Shown one piece after another: positions 1 to 10,875 of a DNA stretch of 64,000 bases. The translations under genes and the position numbers were made by a program. Every line of letters begins with the position of its first letter. Within the stretch, counting starts at the first letter, position 1. The stretch is from Patescibacteria group bacterium (GTDB lineage: Bacteria > Patescibacteriota > Microgenomatia > UBA1400 > 2-01-FULL-45-11). The DNA lies in contig JBHPHI010000002.1 in the NCBI GenBank assembly GCA_042569595.1, forward strand, positions 2,590 to 66,589. Reading direction: 5' to 3'. The notes under the pieces are model-generated. The model did not search any database, had not been told where the DNA came from, and was given only the letters and a program-made list of their open reading frames with translations.

Positions 1-990
1 TTTCTTATGAGTTTTCCATAAAGACTTTATGGAGTGTTGCTCTCGCGCAATTTCTTCATCCTGCCAAGTAGGTAAATGAACTCCATTTGTTATACCTACC
101 CAACTGTATTCTGGCCATATATTTTTTGATAATTCATAATGAACTTTACTTACAGCAGAGGCTTTTCTAGAAGTATTTAGGGCAAATTCTGTCAAGCTAA
201 ATTTGCTGGTAGATTTATCTATCCCATCGCTTAAAAGCTCATCAATTGAGACACCCATTTTTTCCGCATAATATTGACCGTAATTTCTAAGAATTTCAGA
301 ATCATATGCTTGATTTCCCGCGCGGACCAATGTGTGGTTTGTGTATACAGTTGAAGATTTTGCTTTTTCTTTTGCTTCTTCATAGCTCATTCCATTTCTA
401 TCCATAAATTTTCTAATGAGTTGCCAATGAAGAAAGGCTGGGCGACCCTCATTTACATGAAAAATCCTAGGTTCAATATTTAAGGAAGTTAAAAGTTTGA
501 CTCCACCAATCCCAAGCACAAGCTGTTGTTTTATTAGAGATTCTTCACTGCCAAAATACAGTGCATGTGCAATCCCTCGATCTTCCACTGCGTTTTGGTC
601 AGTGTAGGTATCAAGAAGGTAGAGTGTGGATTTATTTACTGTTCTTTTCCAAACTCTAGCCCAAACATCTTGAGTGGTTAAATGAACACGAACAAATAGT
701 GGTTGATCAGGATCATCAGCATCGTATACATGCTCAAACCCACTTGAGACGGGATCAATCTCTACATCTTTTTCTGTTTGCCACCCATGAGCATCAAGAA
801 TTTGTTTTGCATTCCCACCGCGATACATTAAACCAACAGCTACAAAGGGAAGGGATTGGTCAGCAGCGGCTTTTACGGTATCTCCAGCCAAAACACCCAG
901 CCCTCCTGCGTATAAGGGCAGGTCTGATTTGAAGCCATACTCAGCACAAAAATACGCAACCGGTTTATCGGAGGACAGATCCCGATACAT
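1..990 (-). CDS. glgP: alpha-glucan (glycogen) phosphorylase, 5' part (runs off window start)
   Basis: Absent from ORF track. Manual translation from ATG at 990: MYRDLSSDKPVAYFCAEYGFKSDLPLYAGGLGVLAGDTVKAAAD..., later FHVNEGRP and YTNHTLV. AAGGAG SD upstream; near glgA. Confidence 0.92.
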   Translation of the reverse strand, partial: MYRDLSSDKPVAYFCAEYGFKSDLPLYAGGLGVLAGDTVKAAADQSLPFVAVGLMYRGGNAKQILDAHGWQTEKDVEIDPVSSGFEHVYDADDPDQPLFVRVHLTTQDVWARVWKRTVNKSTLYLLDTYTDQNAVEDRGIAHALYFGSEESLIKQQLVLGIGGVKLLTSLNIEPRIFHVNEGRPAFLHWQLIRKFMDRNGMSYEEAKEKAKSSTVYTNHTLVRAGNQAYDSEILRNYGQYYAEKMGVSIDELLSDGIDKSTSKFSLTEFALNTSRKASAVSKVHYELSKNIWPEYSWVGITNGVHLPTWQDEEIAREQHSIKSLWKTHKK

Positions 991-1080
991 AGTCTCCTTT
1001 AAATATACTAATTCAAGCTAACACGAAACGATTTGTCCTGGCAAGGTAAAAACAAATATTTTTGAGTTATACTAGTAATC

Positions 1081-1761
1081 ATGATTAGACAAAAAACAAA
1101 AAATTTTACAAAATCGCAGCTATTAATAATCTTATTTGCCTTGATTGGAATAGTATTTTTTGCTATTTCAAAACCAAGAAAATCAGAAAAATCCAATCAA
1201 AATTTCAAAATGAATCGTCATTTTCAAAATTTTGTATTTTTTAATACTGAGGTGATTGGGAATCAAGACAGAACACAGATATACATACCCTTCTCTTTTG
1301 AGAAAAAACACATAGATCTTTGGTTTGGATACTACTTGGAGGAAAAACAGCCAAAAGAATGGCTTATATACCATCCACAACTTTTTAATTTGAGTTGGGA
1401 TAAGATTTTAGAAAATGAAATAAGTTTGTATCAAAAAGAAAAAAAATATGAATCCGTAAAAGATTTTTTAGAAAATCCTAGTGGGGAAATATACGCAGAC
1501 ACATACATTATTGGGGAATATGAAAGACTGGATGCAAAACCTCTTTATACTGATTTAAACCTTGAAGAAATTGATTACATTATCACAACAGAGATTCCAG
1601 TAAGGTTTGATAATGGAACGTTTTATTATGAAAACATAATCAATTCTACAGAAGCGGTAAGGAACAGTGATGATCAGGTAAAATGGTACATCAGAGCTCC
1701 CTCGGCAACAGAAGATAATGCTTTTTATCTAGGAAACATAGACATTACTTATTTACAATAA
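1081..1761 (+). CDS. hypothetical protein with N-terminal membrane anchor
   Basis: 226-aa ORF, hydrophobic segment LLIILFALIGIVFFAI, 1 nt before glgA. Confidence 0.7.
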   Translation: MIRQKTKNFTKSQLLIILFALIGIVFFAISKPRKSEKSNQNFKMNRHFQNFVFFNTEVIGNQDRTQIYIPFSFEKKHIDLWFGYYLEEKQPKEWLIYHPQLFNLSWDKILENEISLYQKEKKYESVKDFLENPSGEIYADTYIIGEYERLDAKPLYTDLNLEEIDYIITTEIPVRFDNGTFYYENIINSTEAVRNSDDQVKWYIRAPSATEDNAFYLGNIDITYLQ

Positions 1762-1762
1762 A

Positions 1763-3178
1763 ATGCGAATTTTATACGCAGCAGATGAGGCATATCCACT
1801 CTTCAAAATTGGTGGACTTGGAGATGTTGCAGGCACCTTACCCAAAGAGTTAAAAAACCAAGCAACTGATATTTCTATTATTATCCCAGGACATCCAGAG
1901 ATATCTTTATTAGGACAAAACTGGACAGAAGAAAATAGTTTTAATGTAAATTACGACAATGAAGACTTAAGAATAAAAATCGTAAAAGGTTTGCTTCCGG
2001 AAACAAACATTCCTGTATTTCTAGTTCAGGAAAACAAATATATTTCCCAGAAAACAGATGCTTCAGATAATCATGCAGATAAATTTACGGTGTTTTCTTT
2101 TGCTGTAAGCAAGTGGCTTTCATTGATTGAAAATAAGTTCGATATTATTCATTTAAACGACTGGCACACAGCACTCATACCAGTAATCAGCGCTCATATA
2201 TACGAAGAGAAGGAGCAAAAGTATTTATTAACAATTCACAATTTAATGTACCAAGGAGCTACAAGCACTCCTATTCTTCAAAAACTTAGACTGCCTAAAG
2301 AGAAATGCCATATATTAAAATGGGACTCTCAAGACGACCACATAAACATATTACTGGAAGGACTATTGCATGTTGATGCAATCAATACCGTCAGCAAGAA
2401 CTATGTAAAAGAAATATTGACTAGCGAATACGGGGAGCGAATCGAGAAGATTATAAAAACTAGGAAGAGAGATCTATTTGGTATTTTAAATGGATTAGAT
2501 ACAACTGTTTTTGATCCAAAAATTGATAAACACATATACCAAAATTTTGACGTCAACACACATATAGAAGGTAAAAAAAACAACAAATCAAAACTACAAC
2601 AAGAACTGAGATTAGAACAAGATACAGGCAAAGTATTGCTGGGTTTTGTTGGTAGGGTGGATCCAGGACAAAAAGGAGTTCAATTAATAATTGAGGCCTT
2701 AAATCAGAGAAAATTAATTTCAGACAACCTACAATTTGTTTTTTTAGGAACAGGAGATCCAGATTTAGAAACACAACTACACCAAGTTTCACAAGATAGA
2801 CGCAACGTCAGAGTGATTACAAGGTATGATGAGCCTTTAGCAGCAAAAATTTACGCGGCGTCTGATCTTTTTATTATTCCATCAAGATTTGAACCATGCG
2901 GCCTTATTCAATTAATTGCCATGAAATACGGTTCTATTCCAATTGCAAGGAGTACAGGTGGCCTAAAAGATACAATAAGACACCAAGAAACCGGGTTTTT
3001 ATTCAACGAATATTCAACTGAAGCAATGGTTAATTCATTAAATGAGGCTATAGAGACAATAAAGAACGAAAACACAAAAAATGAAATGATAACAAGAGGG
3101 ATGAGGCAAGATTTTTCATGGGTTAAATCAGCAAAAGAATATATTTCTTTATACAAAAAAATCCTAGAGAATAAGTAA
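1763..3178 (+). CDS. glgA: glycogen synthase (GT5)
   Basis: KIGGLGDV, HLNDWHT, TIHNLMYQG, PSRFEPCGLIQL motifs. Confidence 0.95.
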   Translation: MRILYAADEAYPLFKIGGLGDVAGTLPKELKNQATDISIIIPGHPEISLLGQNWTEENSFNVNYDNEDLRIKIVKGLLPETNIPVFLVQENKYISQKTDASDNHADKFTVFSFAVSKWLSLIENKFDIIHLNDWHTALIPVISAHIYEEKEQKYLLTIHNLMYQGATSTPILQKLRLPKEKCHILKWDSQDDHINILLEGLLHVDAINTVSKNYVKEILTSEYGERIEKIIKTRKRDLFGILNGLDTTVFDPKIDKHIYQNFDVNTHIEGKKNNKSKLQQELRLEQDTGKVLLGFVGRVDPGQKGVQLIIEALNQRKLISDNLQFVFLGTGDPDLETQLHQVSQDRRNVRVITRYDEPLAAKIYAASDLFIIPSRFEPCGLIQLIAMKYGSIPIARSTGGLKDTIRHQETGFLFNEYSTEAMVNSLNEAIETIKNENTKNEMITRGMRQDFSWVKSAKEYISLYKKILENK

Positions 3179-3181
3179 GAG

Positions 3182-4708
3182 ATGTTGGCAAAAATTAATT
3201 CAGCTGCCACGATCGGCTTAGATGGAGTATTAATAGATGTAGAGGTTGATGTTGCCTCAAGGGGCCTACCTAGTCTTTCAATAGTTGGTCTTCCAGACAA
3301 GGCCGTGGAGGAAGCAAAAGACAGGGTAAGAACAGCTTTGCATAATGTGGGCACTCAATTTCCCCCTAAAAAAATAACAATTAATCTAGCCCCTGCCGAT
3401 ATTCCAAAAGAAGGTCCGGGATACGACTTGCCGATTGCAGTGGGGATTCTTTTAGCAGCCGGAGAGTTTGATGCAAGAGTAGACAACTCAATTTTTGTAG
3501 GGGAGTTATCGCTTGATGGATCAGTTAGGCACGCAAAAGGAATACTTCCTATTGTGTTAACAGCAAAAAAATATGGAATAAAAAAAATGTATATTCCAAA
3601 ATCGAATGCAAGAGAAGCGGCTGTAATTAGGGATATAGAAATATTTCCAGTGAATTCTTTAAAAGAATTAATCAATCATCTTACGAACGTAGTGCCGATC
3701 TTACCTCAAAAGCAGATTGAATTTGTCAGTATAGTTAGGGAAGAAAAATCTGATTTTGATATGTGTGATGTTCATGGGCAAGAGCAGGCAAAAAGGGCTT
3801 TAGAAATTGCGGCTGCTGGGGGTCACAATGTATTTATGAACGGCGCTCCAGGGTCTGGAAAAACTATGTTAGCCAGAACATTTCCCACAATATTACCAAG
3901 CCTCACGGAAAAAGAATCTTTAGAAGTGACAAGGATCTATTCAATTACTGGAAGTATAAGTTCTGGGAAAACCCTAATTACCAACAGACCATTTAGAAGC
4001 CCTCATCACACCACTAGTAGGATTGGGCTAATTGGAGGAGGAGCAAAGCCAAAACCAGGAGAAATATCATTAGCTCACAGAGGAGTGCTTTTCTTGGACG
4101 AGTTTCCAGAGTTTCCAAGACACGTTTTGGAGAGCTTAAGACAACCAATTGAAGACGGGTATGTTCAAATATCTAGAGCTGCTGGAACTGTTGTGTTTCC
4201 TACAAAGTTCACTTTAATAGCGGCTGCGAACCCATGTCCATGTGGGTATTTTTTGTCAAAAAAAAGAGAATGTAAATGCTTGTCCGGAAACATTAATAGA
4301 TATCAAAAGAAAGTCTCGGGGCCAATTATTGATAGAATTGACCTTCATGTTCAAGTTTCAGAGGTCGAAATATCAAAATTATCAAAAGAAAACACAAATA
4401 CTGAAAAGTCTGCAGAAATAAGAAACAGAGTTGAAAAATCAAGATTAATGCAGCTTGATAGGTATAGTGGAATTAGTGTTATTTATAATTCTGAACTGAG
4501 CACAAAACAAGTAAAAATATTTTGCAAACTTGAAAAAGACGTAAGAGCTTTATTAACAGAAGCAACAGCAAAACTAGGCCTCACTGCAAGAAGTTATTTT
4601 AAGATAATTAAAATCTCCAGAACAATAGCCGATTTAGATGGGGAAGGTCAAATTAAGGCCAATCATATTGCAGAAGCTTTACAATATAGACCACAGCAAC
4701 AAAATTAA
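3182..4708 (+). CDS. comM: YifB/ComM Mg-chelatase-like AAA+ ATPase
   Basis: INLAPAD, GAPGSGKT Walker A, PFRSPHHT, GEISLAHRGVLFLDE, NPCPCG. Confidence 0.93.
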   Translation: MLAKINSAATIGLDGVLIDVEVDVASRGLPSLSIVGLPDKAVEEAKDRVRTALHNVGTQFPPKKITINLAPADIPKEGPGYDLPIAVGILLAAGEFDARVDNSIFVGELSLDGSVRHAKGILPIVLTAKKYGIKKMYIPKSNAREAAVIRDIEIFPVNSLKELINHLTNVVPILPQKQIEFVSIVREEKSDFDMCDVHGQEQAKRALEIAAAGGHNVFMNGAPGSGKTMLARTFPTILPSLTEKESLEVTRIYSITGSISSGKTLITNRPFRSPHHTTSRIGLIGGGAKPKPGEISLAHRGVLFLDEFPEFPRHVLESLRQPIEDGYVQISRAAGTVVFPTKFTLIAAANPCPCGYFLSKKRECKCLSGNINRYQKKVSGPIIDRIDLHVQVSEVEISKLSKENTNTEKSAEIRNRVEKSRLMQLDRYSGISVIYNSELSTKQVKIFCKLEKDVRALLTEATAKLGLTARSYFKIIKISRTIADLDGEGQIKANHIAEALQYRPQQQN

Positions 4709-4717
4709 AATTACAAA

Positions 4718-6274
4718 ATGAGAAATTTTTTTAAACACCATAGATTACTTTTATTAAGCTTGGCAATAATCACAGTTATTTTTTGGCAAATAACTAACGG
4801 GGAGTTCGTTTGGGATGACTATTATTTTATTGTTGGTTGGGAAGAAATTAAAAATCCACTAGAAAACTTTGGAAAACTTTTATCAGGAAATATTCCAATT
4901 GCAGAGGGAAAAATTTATCGTCCTTTAAGAAGCATTTTTTATTCTATTAGCTACAAGTTTTGGGGAGAAAACCCGACAGGATACAAGGTGCAGGCGCTCA
5001 TTGTTCATTTAATTTCTGCAGCAGTTTGTTATTTTACTTCACTAAAAATACTAAAAAACAAAAAACAATCAACAATATCTAGCATATTATTTGGAATTCA
5101 CCCTATGGTAGTGGAGGCTGTTGCCTTTACTACTGCAAGTTTTGACACCATAGGAAACATGTTCTTTTTAATATCTTTCTACACTTATCTAATCAGCAAA
5201 AACAAAAAAACAACAGTGCTTAAAAAAATATCATATATCAGCGCATTTATCGCTTTTTTTACAAATGAACTTACTCTTACCCTCCCACTGATAATTATCA
5301 TTTATGACATGGTTATGGAAAAAAATTCATTCAAGAATATTAAAAAAATGTTCTCAACATATAAACCATATTTAATTATTAACGGATCATATTGGCTTAC
5401 TAGAGTATTTGTAAAAGTTAGTTCGGCTGAAAAAGAGTATAGAATACTAGGGTCTCTGTATTCTTCAAGTTTGGTCATGGTTAGGGCAGTTGTCAAATAT
5501 ATTCAATTATTGTTATTTCCTATTAGATCTACCAACAATCATGTTGTATACAGGAATGTGACCAATCTTTATCATGCAGATTTTAATTTTCCAGAAAACA
5601 ACTTTATTCCAGACATTCTAGATCCAGAAATTTTATTAAGCGGATTAGTAATTATTTTACTAATTCTCTTTTCTATCAAATTCTCTAAAAAACTATCAGT
5701 AACTTCTTTTTCTTTATTAACAATTCTAATTTCACTAACTCCAGTACTTCAGATTTTCCCCTCACAAACCGTGTTTGCAGAAAGATACTTATATATAGCA
5801 ATTTTCTTTTTTAGCATTCTCTTGGTGGATCTACTATTCAGAATTAAACAAAAAGAATTATCCTCCATGTTAATAATTGTAATAATTTTGTTTTTTTCGA
5901 TTAAATCTGAAAAAAACATAAATACATGGAAAACTCGAAAATCTCTTTGGCTAAACGCAAATAAATACACTCCACAAAGCGCAATGACAGCAGTAAATAT
6001 TGGGCTAATAGAGTATGTAAGTGGCAATCATGAGGTCGGCATCTCCATGTTAGAAAAAGCAATAGACTTAAATCCGAACAATTTTTTTGCTAGAAAAAAA
6101 TTAGCGTATCTATATTTAGATCAAGAAAATATTGAATTAGCAATCAAGCAATATAATATATTAATAAAAAGAAATCCAGACAAAAATGTAGCCCTCAAGA
6201 CAGTCGGAGATATTTTTAAATCTGAAGGATATCCACAAATTGCGGAACAATACTATCAAAAAATAATAAACTAA
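4718..6274 (+). CDS. GT-C fold multi-TM glycosyltransferase with C-terminal TPRs (TMTC-like)
   Basis: WDD, YRPL, HPMVVEAV, AERYLY motifs; many TM helices; TPR-like tail. Confidence 0.8.
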   Translation: MRNFFKHHRLLLLSLAIITVIFWQITNGEFVWDDYYFIVGWEEIKNPLENFGKLLSGNIPIAEGKIYRPLRSIFYSISYKFWGENPTGYKVQALIVHLISAAVCYFTSLKILKNKKQSTISSILFGIHPMVVEAVAFTTASFDTIGNMFFLISFYTYLISKNKKTTVLKKISYISAFIAFFTNELTLTLPLIIIIYDMVMEKNSFKNIKKMFSTYKPYLIINGSYWLTRVFVKVSSAEKEYRILGSLYSSSLVMVRAVVKYIQLLLFPIRSTNNHVVYRNVTNLYHADFNFPENNFIPDILDPEILLSGLVIILLILFSIKFSKKLSVTSFSLLTILISLTPVLQIFPSQTVFAERYLYIAIFFFSILLVDLLFRIKQKELSSMLIIVIILFFSIKSEKNINTWKTRKSLWLNANKYTPQSAMTAVNIGLIEYVSGNHEVGISMLEKAIDLNPNNFFARKKLAYLYLDQENIELAIKQYNILIKRNPDKNVALKTVGDIFKSEGYPQIAEQYYQKIIN

Positions 6275-6275
6275 A

Positions 6276-7334
6276 ATGAATTCTGAGAAAGAAAAAGAAA
6301 AAAACATCAACATTTTTTTAATTATTTTCATTGCAATATTTTCATCCCTAATAACATTTTTAATTTCTTATTTTCTTTTCAACAAAAATTCAATAATATC
6401 TCCAATTGGAGACGCAATCACCCAGATTATTGAAAGAGAAAAACTCTTAGAAAAATACTCATTTGAAAATTTAGCAAATTCACCGATCAATAAAAGTGAG
6501 ATAGTTTTAGGAGAAATAATTAAAGAAGAAGAAAGGCATAGTTCATATAATTTTTTTATCGAAGTTGAGGGTCAAAAGGTGTCTGGTCAGATCAATATTC
6601 CAAAAATCCAAAATCCAACCAACGGGTTTCCAGTGCTGGTAATGAATAGGGGGTTTATTGATCCTGAAATATATCAAACAGGTATGGGAACAAAAAATGC
6701 TGCAGGGTATTTTGCAAGAAATGGGTTTATCACAATAGCCCCAGACTTTTTAGGATTTGGTGAATCTGATCAAGAAGACGCAAATCCAATGGCAGCCAGA
6801 GTTAAAAAACCTGTAACTACAATTACAATTTTAAATTCAATTTCATCTTTGAATCAATTTACAAAAGCTGACAGAAACAACATTTTTATGTGGGGACATA
6901 GTAATGGCGGGCAAATATCTCTTTCAGTATTAGAAATTTTAGGAAAGTCTCCATATTGGAATAAAGAGATTCCCACAACATTATGGGCCCCTGTAAGCAA
7001 GGGGTTTCCATACAATATTTTGTACTATACCGACGATGGAGATTATGGGAAAGCGCTAAGGAAGGTGTTGTTTGAGTTTGAATTAGATTACGACACTGAT
7101 AAGTACTCAATTCACAAATATTTCGATTGGGTAAACTCTCCTATTCAAATTCATCAGGGAACAAGTGATATATTTATCCCCACGTCATGGTCAGATGATC
7201 TAGTAAAGAAGCTAAAAGAAAATGAAATAAAAGTGAAATATTACAAGTATCAAGGGGCCGATCATAACCTAAAACCTAGTTGGGGGGTTGTGGTAGAAAG
7301 AGACTTGGTCTTTTTTAAATCTTATATACAATAA
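6276..7334 (+). CDS. membrane-anchored alpha/beta hydrolase (S9-like)
   Basis: GHSNGG nucleophile elbow, HQGTSD, GADH. Confidence 0.85.
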   Translation: MNSEKEKEKNINIFLIIFIAIFSSLITFLISYFLFNKNSIISPIGDAITQIIEREKLLEKYSFENLANSPINKSEIVLGEIIKEEERHSSYNFFIEVEGQKVSGQINIPKIQNPTNGFPVLVMNRGFIDPEIYQTGMGTKNAAGYFARNGFITIAPDFLGFGESDQEDANPMAARVKKPVTTITILNSISSLNQFTKADRNNIFMWGHSNGGQISLSVLEILGKSPYWNKEIPTTLWAPVSKGFPYNILYYTDDGDYGKALRKVLFEFELDYDTDKYSIHKYFDWVNSPIQIHQGTSDIFIPTSWSDDLVKKLKENEIKVKYYKYQGADHNLKPSWGVVVERDLVFFKSYIQ

Positions 7335-7342
7335 TTGTTCAT

Positions 7343-8080
7343 ATGAAAAAAGTGAAAAAAAAGAGCAACATAATTGTTCTCAACAAATTTTTAGCCTTGA
7401 ATGCCGAGATATCAAGAAGAGAAGCCGACAAGGAAATAAAATCTGGAAGAGTAAGGGTAAATGAAAAAATAATAAAAACTCCCCACACCAGAGTAAATAT
7501 AGATACGGACAAAGTTTTGATAAAAGACAAAACAGTTATTGCAATAAAAAATCCACGAAAATATTACTTATTAAACAAGCCCTCTCAAACAGTTTCTTCC
7601 ACAAAAAGCGATTCCTCAGGACTGCCACCAATTACATCGTTTGTAAAATCAAAATCTAGACTTTTTCCAGTGGGAAGGCTCGACATAGACTCAGAGGGAT
7701 TGATTATTCTCACAAATGATGGAGATGTTGCATACAAACTGTCTCATCCCAAACACCAGATTGAAAAAGAGTACCTTGTCGTCATTGAGGGAAGTATTTC
7801 GGAAAACAAACTATCTAGCCTTGAAAAAGGAGTGTTGCTTTCTGGAAAATTGACAAAACCATGCAGAATAGACGTATTAAGACAAACAAAATCAGGAGGA
7901 ACTTTAAAGTTTATTTTAAAAGAAGGAAAACACAGGCAAGTAAGAAGAATGTGTTCTAGCGTAGATTTACATGTAATCGGATTAAGAAGAGTTAGGATTG
8001 GAAGTATTAAAATTGGGAACCTAAAAACGGGAAAATACAGAAAACTAAGCGACGAAGAAATTAAAACACTAAGTATTTAA
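7343..8080 (+). CDS. RsuA/RluB-family pseudouridine synthase with S4 domain
   Basis: SRREAD S4 region, LNKP, VGRLDIDSEGL, EGKHRQVRRM. Confidence 0.92.
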   Translation: MKKVKKKSNIIVLNKFLALNAEISRREADKEIKSGRVRVNEKIIKTPHTRVNIDTDKVLIKDKTVIAIKNPRKYYLLNKPSQTVSSTKSDSSGLPPITSFVKSKSRLFPVGRLDIDSEGLIILTNDGDVAYKLSHPKHQIEKEYLVVIEGSISENKLSSLEKGVLLSGKLTKPCRIDVLRQTKSGGTLKFILKEGKHRQVRRMCSSVDLHVIGLRRVRIGSIKIGNLKTGKYRKLSDEEIKTLSI

Positions 8081-8928
8081 TCTACTATTTTTTGAAAATT
8101 TTCTATATCTATTTTTCTAGGTCCACTCTTATTTTCTCCAGGAACCTCCAACAAAAATGGAAGGCTTGAAAAGGTAGGGTGATTTGTAAACAAGCGAAAT
8201 CCATCTTCTCCAATCATTCCTTCCCCAACATTTTCGTGTCTATCTCTATTGCTTGACAGCTCCACCTTTGAGTCGTTGATATGGACAACTTTTATCAAAT
8301 CAACACCTAGGGTATTTTTAATTTTATCTACCGTGTTTTCAAGCGATTTTTCACTTCTCACATCAAGCCCGCTAGCAAAACCATGTTGAGTGTCATAACA
8401 AACACCCAACTTCCTCTTTAACTCATCAGACGAAATAGAGTCATATATATAGCGAAGATCTTCTAGGTTTGATCCAATTATTCCCTTTTGTCCTGCAGCA
8501 TTTTCCAAAAACAACATTACATCGTCAGGAGTTTTTGATAGAACTTTTTCTACTGCACCAGCAATCTGTTTCTTTACAGCATCAAAACCTCTTCCCTTAT
8601 GGCTTCCAATATGAAAAATTGTTCCCTCCCCATTTATTTTTTTAGAAAACTTTTGATAAAAAAGCAGTGATTCAATACTAGCCTCTACATACTCTTGACT
8701 CTCATGTGCTAAGTTAATCAAATACACTCCATGAAAAAAATGAGAACCCATCTTGTTTTCAGACTTTTTCTGAAGATATTTATCTATCACCGAAGCTTCA
8801 AAATCTTTAGTTTTTAAAGATCTTGGAGAAGAAGCAAAGGTTTGAAGACAGTTTGCGCCAATATTAACAGCTCTATCTATAGATTTATCAAAACCTCCTG
8901 CTATAGATACATGTCCTCCAATTTTCAT
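8077..8928 (-). CDS. nfo: endonuclease IV
   Basis: IGGHVSIAGG, YLINLA, LENAAG, DTQH, HINDSK, DRHEN. Confidence 0.93.
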   Translation of the reverse strand: MKIGGHVSIAGGFDKSIDRAVNIGANCLQTFASSPRSLKTKDFEASVIDKYLQKKSENKMGSHFFHGVYLINLAHESQEYVEASIESLLFYQKFSKKINGEGTIFHIGSHKGRGFDAVKKQIAGAVEKVLSKTPDDVMLFLENAAGQKGIIGSNLEDLRYIYDSISSDELKRKLGVCYDTQHGFASGLDVRSEKSLENTVDKIKNTLGVDLIKVVHINDSKVELSSNRDRHENVGEGMIGEDGFRLFTNHPTFSSLPFLLEVPGENKSGPRKIDIENFQKIVD

Positions 8929-8997
8929 AAAAGCAGCATATCATAGTGGGGTAGAATACAGTTACTAATAAGATATTTTAAAAAATATTAAGAAAAA

Positions 8998-9591
8998 ATG
9001 AAAAAAATATTATTTGCTAGTAACAATCAAGGAAAAATAAGAGAAGTTGTAAAAATACTATCAAATCTAGGTATTAAGATTATGACTCCAGATCAAGTTT
9101 TTAATAAAAAAATTGACGTGATTGAGGACGGAACTACCTTTGAAGAAAATGCATATAAAAAAGCCAAAGAAATGGGCGACAAGAGCAATTTAATTACTAT
9201 TGCGGACGATTCGGGTTTGGAGGTAGATGAATTGAAAGGAGAGCCTGGAGTGTATTCAGCTCGATATGACGAAACAACTGAAAAGCGAAATCAGAAAGTT
9301 TTAAATAATTTAGCAAGTGCCCCAAAAGAAAGAAGAATAGCAAGGTATAAAATTGCAATTTGCATATATGATCCTCAAACAAAAAATCATGAAACAGTTT
9401 TTGGATCCTGTGAGGGCATAATTACGCAAAAACCAGTAGGAGACAATGGTTTTGGGTACGACCCAATTTTTTATTCAGAAGAGTTGGGAAAAACCTTCGG
9501 ACAAGCTTCAGATCTAGAAAAAAACAAAATCTCTCACAGAAAAATAGCTTTAGAAAAACTAAAAAACATTCTTCCAACTTATATAAAGTGA
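8998..9591 (+). CDS. rdgB: non-canonical purine NTP pyrophosphatase (HAM1)
   Basis: ASNNQGK, ADDSGL, PGVYSARY, GFGYDPIF, SHR. Confidence 0.95.
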   Translation: MKKILFASNNQGKIREVVKILSNLGIKIMTPDQVFNKKIDVIEDGTTFEENAYKKAKEMGDKSNLITIADDSGLEVDELKGEPGVYSARYDETTEKRNQKVLNNLASAPKERRIARYKIAICIYDPQTKNHETVFGSCEGIITQKPVGDNGFGYDPIFYSEELGKTFGQASDLEKNKISHRKIALEKLKNILPTYIK

Positions 9592-9608
9592 AAAAAGCAA
9601 AACTTAAT

Positions 9609-10814
9609 TTATAAAGTAAACTTTCCTCCCCTATATATAACTACTTCTTCACTGTTTTCCAGCGTAGCAGTAACTACCCTGTCTTCTGTGCTAATAACGT
9701 CTGCATGAATTTGTGAATTATTAAAGCCTAGGTTGTTCCAGTCAGACTCTTTCAACTTTGTTGAGTCGCCCGAATAAGCTTCTTTATAAGCCATGCCCAC
9801 TGCAACGTGAGTGTTTCCATATTGTCCGCCCACATTTTCATCAAAGAGTGTTTCTGCCATATATTCAGTAATATTTGACATCCTTGAGTCAGTTAGGGAA
9901 AATTCTCCAATTTTATCGGCATTTTTTTGAGACAGCATTTCTTTTAACATGTTTTCATTTCTCTTTGCGATTGCCTTAACCACTTTCCCCTCACTAAATT
10001 CAAGAGAAATACCTTCAATCTTTACACCATACCTGTATAGGGGTTTGTTTAAGGAAATTTTTCCCTCAGTTCCTCTCCAATCTGGACTTGTAAATATTTC
10101 AAAACTTGGAATGTTTCTACCTCCTCCGCCAAGCCACTGTCTTTCTTCGCCAATTTTTAAAACAAGATCAATGTTTTTTGACTTTATACGAACAGAATTA
10201 ATTTGAAGATCATTTAGCCATTTTTTGATTTCCTCTTGTTTATTTAGGATTGATTTCCATTTTTGTATTGGGTCATCTTCATTTAAAAAACAAGCTTTTT
10301 CAATCTGATCCCAGTATTGCTCAAGAGTTAATCCAGCGTCTTTGGCTTTTGCAGGCGTTCCATATAAACCAATTGTAGATGTGTATTCACCAATTTGTTC
10401 TTTTTCAAATTGCCAGTCCCTGATGAGTTTTGTTTTTTTTGTGGCCATAAATATTTTTTTCGGATCTATTCCTTCAAGCTCATGGGGATTATCCTCAGCA
10501 ATTATGGCAACTGTATGATTTATTAAATCGATTCTAGATTTAACAAATTCTTTTGGAAAAAACTCAAGCTGATCTTTATTTGCCAATTCGTAAAATTGCC
10601 TATTAAATCCATTCGGCAAATACCTCATCATCGGATGAGCTCCTGATTCAAGAATGGCCCTTTGCAGCTCTCCATATAGTGGTTTTGCAGACTCAGGAAT
10701 CACAACACGAACCACCTCTCCCTCATTAACACCTTTGCCATCATTTAAGGCAAACTTAATTAATACATCTGCGTATTTTTTTAATAATTTTTTGTTTGGT
10801 TGATACATATACAC
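9609..10814 (-). CDS. aminopeptidase, M29 (AmpT/PepS) family
   Basis: NIPSFEIFTSP, IGEFSL, TLFDEN, HVAVG, HAD. Confidence 0.9.
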   Translation of the reverse strand: MYMYQPNKKLLKKYADVLIKFALNDGKGVNEGEVVRVVIPESAKPLYGELQRAILESGAHPMMRYLPNGFNRQFYELANKDQLEFFPKEFVKSRIDLINHTVAIIAEDNPHELEGIDPKKIFMATKKTKLIRDWQFEKEQIGEYTSTIGLYGTPAKAKDAGLTLEQYWDQIEKACFLNEDDPIQKWKSILNKQEEIKKWLNDLQINSVRIKSKNIDLVLKIGEERQWLGGGGRNIPSFEIFTSPDWRGTEGKISLNKPLYRYGVKIEGISLEFSEGKVVKAIAKRNENMLKEMLSQKNADKIGEFSLTDSRMSNITEYMAETLFDENVGGQYGNTHVAVGMAYKEAYSGDSTKLKESDWNNLGFNNSQIHADVISTEDRVVTATLENSEEVVIYRGGKFTL

Positions 10815-10875
10815 CTTTCTCTTAAAATGTAGCGGATATTCAAAGGCTAATTATAGCGTAATATTAAAATCAGTT

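Noticed and set aside
699-1380. Short ORFs 699-932, 1008-1196 and 1183-1380, and the many similar short antisense ORFs across the window
   Set aside because: They overlap well-supported genes on the opposite strand or frame and show no recognisable motifs.
9589-9591. Alternative genetic code (UGA=Gly, as in Gracilibacteria/Absconditabacteria)
   Set aside because: TGA ends full-length genes (rdgB, secD, aspS) and long ORFs are intact under code 11.
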